A stretch of 64,000 nucleotides of DNA, taken from NCBI GenBank assembly GCA_963664405.1, contig OY761158.1, positions 4,160,001 through 4,224,000 on the forward strand, written 5' to 3'. The notes under the pieces are model-generated. The model saw only the letters and a list, made by a program, of their open reading frames with translations, did no database searches and was not told the origin of the DNA. Of this stretch, positions 48,223 through 56,741 are shown piece after piece. This stretch comes from Thermoanaerobaculia bacterium. Lineage in GTDB: Bacteria; Acidobacteriota; Thermoanaerobaculia; Multivoradales; Multivoraceae. How positions within the stretch are numbered: position 1 is the first letter of the stretch; every line of letters begins with the position of its first letter. A program made the position numbers and the translations under genes.

Positions 48223-49899
48223 TCAGTGCAGAAGGGGCTTCATGACCGGCCGCTGCTGCGCATATCGCGCCAGGTGGTCGTCGATTACGGTGGTGAGCGC
48301 CGGATCCCCTTGGGCCAGCTCCCGGGCCCTCAGAGCGACACGGGTGGCATCACCGAAGCGTCCGTTGGCTGCATAGGCGATGCCGAAGAGGTCGGCGCAC
48401 GCCGCATCGTGGCGATGGGTGCTGTAGAGCCGCTGCGCCAGGTCCAGAGACTCCGCCTCCTCCTCCTCCGAGATCGGTCTCGAAGTCGCCAGAAGCATGG
48501 CCAGATTGAAGGCGGTACCGATCTCCTCAGGCTGCTGTCCGAGAATCTGCCTCAAGGTCTCCTTGGCAGCGCCGAGGTCGGCCAACTCGATCTCGAGTCG
48601 GGCGAGAGGCCTCAGATTGGGCAGGTGATCCGGCGCCAGCATTGCCAGCTGCCGGCGGGCTTCGAGCGCCTGGTGAAACGACTCCTGCCCCGCAAACGCC
48701 ACGGCCAGATCCGCGTAGGCGAGGTATCGTGTCGGTTCCGCTGCCAGTGCCCTTTCGAGAGGCTCGATCGCATCCCGGAAACGTTCTTGCCGATTGCGAA
48801 GCTGACCCAGCGCGAGATGAGCGCCGGGGTGGTCGGGCCGTCGTTCGAGGGCGAGCGCGAGCGCACGCTCCGTCGCCGCCAGTTCGCCGAGCTGCAACCA
48901 GGCGTCGGCGAGCCCTACCTGAAGGTCCGCGTTCTGCGGCGCCTTTTGCAGGCCCGCCTGGAAGTGCTCGATGGCATCTCGGCTCCGACCCTGGGCGAGC
49001 GCGACCCTACCCAGGTCGTTCAGCGCCTCACCGCTGGTGTCGAGTCTCGAGGCCTCCTCGAACAGCGCACGGGCCTCTTCATCATCGCCTCGGGCCGAGA
49101 GGCGCCGGCCACGGTCGAGGAGGGCGCCGGCACTGATGCCTTGGGCGCGCATCTGATCGACCACGTCGCTCACCGGTCGCAGCCCCGCGCCGTAGGAGCG
49201 GGCTTGCCAGGCAGCTTCGGCCGCGCCGGCGGCATCTCCGATCTGTTGCCGAGCCTGCGCAAGCAAGCGGTAGAGATCCCCGTTTTTCGAGGTGCGGAGC
49301 CGCTCTGCTTCGAGAAGCTCGAGCGCGTCCTCGACCCGTCCCTCGACCAGAGCGATGCGCCCGAGGCCGAGCTGTGCGTGCTGCCGCGCCGATTCAGTGG
49401 CACCGGTCTTCCGATAGACGGCACGAGCCTGATCCAGCCGACCGGCTCGGGTCAGCGCGCTGGCGTAGGTCAGGCTCAGGGCGACGTCTTCTGGGGCCAG
49501 GAGCGTGTCCGAGAATTCGGACGGGCGAGTGGTTCTCAGGCGGGGATGGGCCGAGGAGTGGGCCGCGGGCCCATTCCTCGGGGCTAGCGCATGCGCCTTT
49601 GCCAAGAGATCGAGCGCGGCGTCTGCCGGCCGGTCGGTGAGCGCTGCGAGGTATGGCCAGCGGTAGTCCGCGGGCGGGCGCGCCATCGCTTCGAGGTAAC
49701 TCTCGTAAGCCTCGATCTCGAGCCCGTGCGCGTGGAGCACCATGGCGAGCTCCCCCCAGGCTTCGCCCGTTCCCGGGCTTTCGGCGACGGCGGCTCGGGC
49801 AGACGCGATGCGTGCGGCGACCTGCGGCTGCAGATCGACAGCTCCGGATCGCGTTACCAAGGCGAGACCTGCCCACAGCACTAGCGGCGCAACCCTCAA
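48223..49899 (-). CDS. Exported TPR protein carrying an in-frame 29-aa insertion
   Basis: TTG 49899 overlaps the upstream TGA; signal peptide; many TPR motifs. Confidence 0.8.
   Translation of the reverse strand: MRVAPLVLWAGLALVTRSGAVDLQPQVAARIASARAAVAESPGTGEAWGELAMVLHAHGLEIEAYESYLEAMARPPADYRWPYLAALTDRPADAALDLLAKAHALAPRNGPAAHSSAHPRLRTTRPSEFSDTLLAPEDVALSLTYASALTRAGRLDQARAVYRKTGATESARQHAQLGLGRIALVEGRVEDALELLEAERLRTSKNGDLYRLLAQARQQIGDAAGAAEAAWQARSYGAGLRPVSDVVDQMRAQGISAGALLDRGRRLSARGDDEEARALFEEASRLDTSGEALNDLGRVALAQGRSRDAIEHFQAGLQKAPQNADLQVGLADAWLQLGELAATERALALALERRPDHPGAHLALGQLRNRQERFRDAIEPLERALAAEPTRYLAYADLAVAFAGQESFHQALEARRQLAMLAPDHLPNLRPLARLEIELADLGAAKETLRQILGQQPEEIGTAFNLAMLLATSRPISEEEEAESLDLAQRLYSTHRHDAACADLFGIAYAANGRFGDATRVALRARELAQGDPALTTVIDDHLARYAQQRPVMKPLLH
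49497..49587 (+). mobile_element. 91-bp element, family 2 copy 3, inside the TPR CDS
   Basis: CCAGGAGCGTGTCCGAGAATTCGGACGGGCGAG...GGGGCTAG; homologous to the two intergenic copies. Confidence 0.85.
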
Positions 49900-51557
49900 G
49901 GCGACACTCCCTCTCCGCGGACGAGCACGAGGTGGCGGTTGATACCGGGGACGGGAAACGCTTCTCGATGACCGTCCGGCCATCGCACCACGAGAGCGCT
50001 GGCCTGCGTCGCCTCCCCGAGGCCGAAGTGAACCGTGGCCTCGCGGCTCGACAGGTAGCTGCGGGTGTGTGTGATCGGCCGCGCCAGCCAGCGGTCCCCG
50101 ATCTGCAACTCCACTACCCCGCCAATGGCATCCCACTTCCCGCGCGCCGTCATGGGTGACGGCACAAGCGCACGCACGGCGAGCCAGTTCCCGGTCACGG
50201 AAGCACGGTTCTCATACACCCTTGCCCGGCCGTTGGCATTGGCAAGAACCAGATCCAAATCGCCATCGCGGTCCAGATCTGCCGCCAGCAACCCTCGGCC
50301 CACCGAGCGGTCCGCACAAAAAGGGTTCGCATCGCAAGACACCTCGAACCGGCCGCTGCCGTCATTGGCGAGGAGCAGATTGGGCTCTCCGTAGATGGAC
50401 TCGAAGGAGGCCCCCGCCGGGAGGGTCCTGGTGGGGCGTCGCACCCGCCCGTTGGCGATCGCCAGGTCCAGGTCCCCATCCAGGTCGAAGTCGAGGAAGG
50501 CGGTGCCGAACCCGGTCAACGGCAGGCTCACCCGTCCCAGGTCCGATCGGATGGTGGCGTCCAACATCGCGTCGTTCGGGCCGCTCAGGTAGAGCGTGTT
50601 GGACTCGCGATCGACGTGGGTCAGGAAGAGGTCCATCTGCAGATCGTCGTTGAGATCACCGAGCGCGATCCCCATTCCGGCTTCGGACTCCCCGAAGAGG
50701 TTGGTGGCCACCCCCATTTCCGTGCCGCGTTCGGCAAAGCTCCCGCCACCCTGATTGATCCAGAGGTGATTCGGCGTGCCGTCGTTGGCGACGAAGACGT
50801 CGGCACGGCCGTCGGAGTCGAAGTCGTGGCAGACGACACCCAGGGTGGGGGAGTTAGCCTTCGAGATCCCGCTCGAAACGCCCGTGTCTTCGAAGGCGCC
50901 GTTTCCCAGGTTCCGGTAGAGCCGATCGGCGACGCCGGGGTAGACGTTGGGTGGGCAGTAGTCCCGGGCTCCGGCTTTGGTTGTGCATCGTTGATGGGCG
51001 TCCGAGCGCAGGTAGCTACCGACATAGAGATCGAGCAGACCGTCCATATCGATGTCGCAGAAGGCGGCCGAGGAGGACCAGGACGCCGCGTCGATGCCGG
51101 ATGAAGGTGTTATGTCACTGAAGGTACCATCGCCGTTGTTCCGGTAGAGCTGATCGCGCCCGACATGGGTGAGGTAGACGTCCAGATCGCCGTCGTTGTC
51201 GATGTCGCCGAGTGCGATTCCCATGCCGTATCCGGGCGACTCCAGACCGGCAGCGTGGGTCGCGTCCTGGTAGATGCCGCCGGCGGTCTGGCGGTAGAGC
51301 CGTGGTCCCCGGGGTGGGGCACCGGCGAAGAGGATGTCAGGCAAGCCGTCGCCATCGGAGTCGAAGATCGCGACACCGGCGCCCATGATCTCGGAGAGCC
51401 GATGATCTTCTGTTGGCGCCGCCGAATGTCGAAAGTCGATGCCGACGGCATCGGTAACGTCGACGAAGGTGTGGGGCTGGGCCCAGGCAGCAACCGAGAA
51501 GGTCAGCGCCAGGAATCCTCCAGCAGACCGAGCTACTGACCGCTTCGTTTGTGCCAG
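49896..51557 (-). CDS. CRTAC1-family FG-GAP/VCBS repeat protein with ASPIC/UnbV C-terminus; start uncertain
   Basis: Repeated DxDxDGxxD motifs, SYLSS....HFGLG, VRWPDG; frame open upstream of ATG 51386 through a signal peptide and FVDVT..GIDFRH. Confidence 0.82.
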   Translation of the reverse strand: MAQTKRSVARSAGGFLALTFSVAAWAQPHTFVDVTDAVGIDFRHSAAPTEDHRLSEIMGAGVAIFDSDGDGLPDILFAGAPPRGPRLYRQTAGGIYQDATHAAGLESPGYGMGIALGDIDNDGDLDVYLTHVGRDQLYRNNGDGTFSDITPSSGIDAASWSSSAAFCDIDMDGLLDLYVGSYLRSDAHQRCTTKAGARDYCPPNVYPGVADRLYRNLGNGAFEDTGVSSGISKANSPTLGVVCHDFDSDGRADVFVANDGTPNHLWINQGGGSFAERGTEMGVATNLFGESEAGMGIALGDLNDDLQMDLFLTHVDRESNTLYLSGPNDAMLDATIRSDLGRVSLPLTGFGTAFLDFDLDGDLDLAIANGRVRRPTRTLPAGASFESIYGEPNLLLANDGSGRFEVSCDANPFCADRSVGRGLLAADLDRDGDLDLVLANANGRARVYENRASVTGNWLAVRALVPSPMTARGKWDAIGGVVELQIGDRWLARPITHTRSYLSSREATVHFGLGEATQASALVVRWPDGHREAFPVPGINRHLVLVRGEGVSP

Positions 51558-52528
51558 CTCGGCATCCAGTTCTCGTCCGACTCGCCGGCCTCCTCCAGCT
51601 TGCGGGCCGCCTTGAGGACGAGCGGCATGGAGTAGTTGGCCTCATGGCATGCGTATTCGTACACGTCGTCGTCGGTGCGCCGAAACTGCTGACGCGCGGT
51701 GAAGGGCGCCTCGTAGGTCTCCGGATCTTCGATCGTGTACTCGTACTGGAGCGTGTCTTCGTCTAGTCGGGTGAAGCGCTCGGTGAAAACCACGTTCTCG
51801 CCGGTGCCGCTAGGGGCGGCGAAGTGCTTGAAGTTGGTGGTGGTGACTACGAAGCTGTCACCCTCCCACTTGCCGGTGGAGAAGCCTTTGAAGAATCGCG
51901 TGGTCGCCGCCACGCTGCCGCTCCCGTCGGTGGGAATGACACGGTGGTCATTCACCATCTCGACTTGCATGGCGACGTGGCTCTCCGACTGCACGATCTG
52001 CATGATGTTGTTGTAGGCACCGGAGCGCATCGGGTTGTTGTTGAAGCCGATGATGCAGCGATCGGTCAGGCTCCGCATTTCGGGCCCATCCGGCGACTTG
52101 CCCTGCATTTCGACGTAGGGCTTGTTGCGCTCCCTTGCCGACGGTTTCATCGCCGGCATCCGCCCGTTCGGGGGATCGACGATCAGCGAGGTACGCAGGC
52201 TGCCATCGAGCCGTGTCGCCAACTCCAGAAAGCCGGAGTTGTAGCCCACATCCACATCCCTCTGGCCATCGAGGCCTTCGCGAAGCTCGCCCTCGCGCTC
52301 CGCGGCTGCGGCGCGCCTGTTGATGGTGTCTCGCTGGAATTGAGCCGCCTCTTCCGGGGTGAGGAGCTCCTTGTCCTTCCAGCGCTCGGGTCGGCTCAGC
52401 GGCGTCGCGTTCTTGAAGTCCCAGGTCCCCTGCAAACTGGGCTTGCCCCAGGGCTTCATCGGTACTTCGCCTCCGGCTGAGGTCGCGGTCAGGACGACCA
52501 GTGTGGTCACTAGTGCTCGGGTTTTCAT
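51533..52528 (-). CDS. Secreted hypothetical protein (DUF6152-associated family)
   Basis: Signal peptide; PSLQGTW, G.WEGD..VV.T, ERFT, TIEDP, YEYACHE. Confidence 0.8.
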   Translation of the reverse strand: MKTRALVTTLVVLTATSAGGEVPMKPWGKPSLQGTWDFKNATPLSRPERWKDKELLTPEEAAQFQRDTINRRAAAAEREGELREGLDGQRDVDVGYNSGFLELATRLDGSLRTSLIVDPPNGRMPAMKPSARERNKPYVEMQGKSPDGPEMRSLTDRCIIGFNNNPMRSGAYNNIMQIVQSESHVAMQVEMVNDHRVIPTDGSGSVAATTRFFKGFSTGKWEGDSFVVTTTNFKHFAAPSGTGENVVFTERFTRLDEDTLQYEYTIEDPETYEAPFTARQQFRRTDDDVYEYACHEANYSMPLVLKAARKLEEAGESDENWMPSWHKRSGQ

Positions 52529-52550
52529 GACCTCTCCTATCTCCCCACGC

Positions 52551-53366
52551 TCAATAGAGGTTCTTCAGAATAGGTTGGGTCCGGTCCGCACCTTTGCGCA
52601 GGTGAGCGTACATGGCGTCTTCGGCGAAGGGGACGCACTTGAACTCCAAGAGGCGCGCGCCTTCCTCCAGACGTCGGTAGAGGGGCATTCGGATCGTCCA
52701 GGGTCGGGTGAACACCTGAGGATCCTCGATGGTGGCTTCGTAGCGGATGTGATCCGGACCCATCAGCGTGTAGCGCTCCGTCACTTTAAGCTGATCGCTG
52801 TGCCAGCTGCCGGTGGCGTCGAACCAGGTGTCCGGCATCTGGTCGGTCACCTCGACCACCAGGGTTTCGCCTTCCCAGTGACCGAGTGAATAGCCCATCC
52901 AGGACGGCAGCTCCGCCCGGGTGCCGGGTCGGTCGAGGTGGATGATGCGGCTGTTGCTTCCCCATTCGTAGGCAATGAAGAACTTGTTCTTTGACTGCAC
53001 GATGTGGAAGGGCAGCGGCATGTAGGTTTGGCGCGGGAAGCCCGGGATGAAGCACTTCACCACCGGATCCCATAGGTTCCACTCAGACCGGTACTGCTCC
53101 CGTTCGGCCTTCGCTTCCTCGGTGTAGGGAATGGTGCCGCCGTCGATGTAGCTCTGGCCTGCAGGGATCCCTCCCAGCGCGCCAAGTACGATGGTTGCCG
53201 GGCCCTTTTCCGCGTGACCGCCTTCGAGATTCCAGTGAGCGGTACCGACCGCTTGCCAGAGCCCGTTCAGATCCGGCTTCGTGCCTTCATTCGCCTGGCC
53301 GAATAACGTGGCCGTGGCGAGCAGCCCACAAAATAGGGCTCCCGAAATCGCTGATTGTCTTCCCAT
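52551..53366 (-). CDS. Secreted hypothetical protein, paralog of the neighbouring gene
   Basis: Signal peptide; PDLNGLW, GHWEGETLVV, ERYT, TIEDP, EFKC. Confidence 0.8.
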   Translation of the reverse strand: MGRQSAISGALFCGLLATATLFGQANEGTKPDLNGLWQAVGTAHWNLEGGHAEKGPATIVLGALGGIPAGQSYIDGGTIPYTEEAKAEREQYRSEWNLWDPVVKCFIPGFPRQTYMPLPFHIVQSKNKFFIAYEWGSNSRIIHLDRPGTRAELPSWMGYSLGHWEGETLVVEVTDQMPDTWFDATGSWHSDQLKVTERYTLMGPDHIRYEATIEDPQVFTRPWTIRMPLYRRLEEGARLLEFKCVPFAEDAMYAHLRKGADRTQPILKNLY

Positions 53367-53377
53367 GACGGTCTCGC

Positions 53378-53836
53378 CTATCGCTCCGTCGGATCGGCGC
53401 CGTTGCTCGGGGCGCCGGTGCCGGAAGAGCCCATGAAGAGCTTCTGGCCGTTGGCGAAGGTGATGTCGCGGCCGCTGCCCCGACACTTCGGCTCGCAGTC
53501 CGGGTCCTTGCTCTGGTAACCCCTGACGATCACTTCGGACCCGACGGTCAGCACCGTGCGGGAGATCCCCCGTCGTAGAAGCGCGTTCGGCGTACCGCCC
53601 TCCATCATCCACGGCACCGTGGAGCCGTCCTCCTGGGTCACGTCGACGTGGATCCAGCTGTGGGGGTTGACCCACTCCACCCTCACCACCGTACCGGTGA
53701 TCTCGAACGGCCTGCCGGCATCGAACTCCGAGGAGAACGCATGGTGGGCGTTCACCACAAGCGGGGATCCAAGCAGTGCCGCCGTGGTTGCGAGAGTCGG
53801 CAGAAGGCCTCGGGTGATGCGAGTCATCGAGCTCAT
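53378..53836 (-). CDS. DUF6152 family protein
   Basis: Signal peptide then AHHAFSSEFD; EWVNPHSWI; W..EGG.PN.L.R.G. Confidence 0.8.
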   Translation of the reverse strand: MSSMTRITRGLLPTLATTAALLGSPLVVNAHHAFSSEFDAGRPFEITGTVVRVEWVNPHSWIHVDVTQEDGSTVPWMMEGGTPNALLRRGISRTVLTVGSEVIVRGYQSKDPDCEPKCRGSGRDITFANGQKLFMGSSGTGAPSNGADPTER

Positions 53837-53969
53837 AACCTCCGTTGTGATCGCAGGGTCCCAATACTAGTCTCAAGAGGCTGGTGGCGCCACATCTTGC
53901 ACGACCAAGCCTGGTTGGAGCCCAGCGGCTTTGAGATTACGCTGAGCTTCGAGAACCCGAGGAGACCGT

Positions 53970-54773
53970 ATGGCCCTGGCCGCAATCAGCGCCGCCGAGT
54001 TCGAGGAGGTCTACCAGGCCTGGGTCGAGCACGGCGTGCTGCGCTTTCGCGGTCAGAGCCTCGACGACAAGCAGCTCGAGGAGTTCAGTGCGCGATTCGG
54101 GCCGCTCGAGAAGACCCCGGCCAAGCTGCCGCCCGAGAAGTTGAAGCTACTGCCTAGCCTCTATGTCGTGCCGCTGTCGAACATCAAGAAAGACGGCCGA
54201 CCGATCGGAGGCCTGGGCAACACCGAAGCCAGATGGCACTCCGATATGACCTATCTCGAGACACCACCCCCAGCGAGCGTCCTGTTGAGCATCGAGGTGC
54301 CCGAAGAAGGGGGCAACACTCAGTTCTCCTGCCAGCACGCAGCCCTCGAGTCCCTTCCCGAGGAGCTTCGGGAGCGACTCCAACACATCCGGATCAAGCA
54401 CGATGCCGCCCACACCAGCGTTGGGGATCTTCGCTTCGGCTTCGAAGAGGTGAGCGACCCGAGCGACGCGCCAGGCGCCGTGCACTCCGCCATCCTTCGC
54501 CACCCGGAGAACGGCCGCGACGCGCTCTACCTCGGCCGGCGCGAGTGGGCCTACGTTATGGGGATGGAGATCGAGGACAGCGAGAGGCTGCTCGACGAGC
54601 TCTAGCGCTATGCGACGCTGCCTGAGAATGTGTGGACCCAGGAGTGGCGGGTCGGCGACGTGCTCATCTGGGACAACCGGCGAGTGGTCCACAGGCGCGA
54701 CGGGTTCCCCGACCACATGCGGCGATTGATGAAGCGCTGCCAGGTACTAGCTCGCGAGTCGGTGACGAGCTGA
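53970..54773 (+). pseudogene. TauD/TfdA-family dioxygenase with in-frame TAG at 54603-54605
   Basis: WHSDMTY before the stop; the frame continues after it with WRVGDVLIWDNRRVVHRR. Confidence 0.8.
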
Positions 54774-54806
54774 GCTAGTCCGAGCCGATAACTTCTTCGC
54801 GTAGGG

Positions 54807-55822
54807 TCAGAAGAGCTGCCGTTGTTCCACGGTCTCAGCTCCCTTGGCGAGCTCGAAGAGCATGCCGTCCTTAGTTACGACCACGTCCTCCGGAAGGCCG
54901 GCGGTGAACTGGTTCATCATCATCTCGTTGGCCGGGGCGGGCACGAGGTGGTAGAAGGCGACCATTCTGACCCCCGCCTCCTTCGCCAGCTCGAGGATGT
55001 CGGCGGTCGGCGCGTGGTAGTCCTGGATGTCTTTCATGATCTTGCTCAAGCGCTCGTTCCCCATGGCACCCAGCATCCTCTCGGCCTGCTGGACCAGGGA
55101 TAGCGCCATGGCGTCGTGAAGTAGCAGGTCGGTGCCCTTGGCCGCATCGCCGAGGGTCGCAGTGGCGACGGTGTCGCCGCTCACGACCACGGAGCGACCG
55201 ACGAAGTCGAAGCGGTAGCCGAACGCGGGCTCGATCGGTCGATGGTCCACTGGAAATGCGGTGATCGTGAGACCGTCCTCCTCATAGACCACGCCCGGCT
55301 CGATAACCTGCGCCTTCATCGGGCCCAGTTTCGCCGGCAGCATCTCCTCGCCGTGGTGTGCGGTGCGGTAGGAGCGGTCGAGGAATAGGCCTGGTTGAAG
55401 CCGTTCACGACCTCGCCTACTCCTTGTGGCCCCAACACAGCGAGCGGCTCGGAGCGCCCCGCGATCCAGGAGGCCAGGTTGATGCCGGGGAGGTCGCCGA
55501 TGTGATCGGAGTGATAGTGGGTCAGCAGAACCCCCCTGAGATGCTCCATCGGAAAGCGGGCGATACCGAGATTCTTGGCCGAGCCGACGCCGGTGTCGAC
55601 CAAGAAGATGCGCTCGCCGGCGACGACCGCGATGCAGGCTTGGGCGCGCTCGGGGATGTTGCCGAGTGGTGAAGCCGAGCCGCAGACGAACACGCGCAGT
55701 GCGTCGGGCTCGAAGAGGGCGGTTGGAGGAGCACCGAGCTGTGCGGCAGTTGGCAGGACTCCCAGCAGGGAGACTACAGCCGTAGCGAGAAGAGGGAATC
55801 GGATCTGGTCAGAGCGGGACAT
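54807..55822 (-). pseudogene. MBL-fold (RNase Z-like) exported hydrolase with a frameshift near 55383
   Basis: THYHSDH in one frame; VDH.P..PAFGYR, SGDT and YHLVP in another. Confidence 0.78.
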
Positions 55823-55872
55823 ACTCACTCTCCGTTTCGAGCGGATGAAGTCCGAGACGATTCGGAGCGACT

Positions 55873-56190
55873 TTACCCCGCTTCCGCCATCCCGGCTGGC
55901 TCCGCCTCGCCTACGCGCTCGGCCGCCGCGCTCATCATTCGGCCCTGGTTGAGGTCGAGGTACACGTGGAAGGCCATCGCCAGCCACAGAGAACCGCTGA
56001 ACACATAGAGGAGCGCTGCGACCAGGCCAACACTGCCCGTCGTCAGTACGTTTGCCCACAGTCCCTGGTAACTGTGGGCGAGGCCGAAGGCCAGTGAGGA
56101 GAGCAGCACGGCCCAGTGCGAGGGTGCGAACTGGGAGAAGTACCAGATCAGGTAGCCGCGGAAGACGATTTCTTCGCAGACGTACGACGA
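55873..56190 (-). pseudogene. CPBP (Abi/CAAX) intramembrane protease, C-terminal remnant
   Basis: EEIVFRG, FGLAH.YQG, AMAFH..LD; N-terminus not recognisable. Confidence 0.65.
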
Positions 56191-56328
56191 AGCAGGTAGC
56201 GGATGCGCTCGGTGTGAAGCGCAGCCGCCAGCACCCTCGGGCAGCGAAGGAGGAGCCGCGAAAAGCCGCGGCTGCGGTTCCGAGCCACCAAGTGCGCTGG
56301 GGGAGTCCAGGCGTTTTCTCTGCGGGTC

Positions 56329-56617
56329 GGTGATCTCGACCGTGAGTACCTGCTGCACCTGCCCTCGATCTACGACGCCAACATCGCGTCCTCCCTGGTT
56401 CTCGACTTTCACGGCTACACCGGAGTGGCGGCGGGAGAGGGGGGCCTACACCGGACGCAGCCATCATGCCGACCAGAACGCCTACTGCACCTGGGACGGG
56501 GAGCACGCGTGGCCTAAGGCAGAGGGCCTGCCGGTCGGCAACGAGATCATCTGGGAGTTCTTCTCTCGGCATACGCGGTCGAAGTACCGAGCTAACGGGT
56601 CAGCGGGCTCTCCCTGA
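56329..56617 (+). pseudogene. PHB-depolymerase/LpqC-type esterase remnant with an internal deletion
   Basis: REYLLHLP.......LVLDFHGY in one frame joined to GEHAWP...EIIWEFFSRH in another. Confidence 0.55.
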
Positions 56618-56741
56618 CTTGGACCAGAAGCCCCTTGAGCTCGGCCAGCTCAAATGACACATCCCGTGGGCCCCCAGGTCAATTCTTCCGACGAGAGCGT
56701 CCGTGGCTGGCGGCCAGGTTTGGCTGGCCCGATCCGCTCGG

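Noticed and set aside
54603-54605. Pyrrolysine or genome-wide TAG recoding
   Set aside because: TAG terminates many conserved genes in the window, and no pyl machinery is seen.
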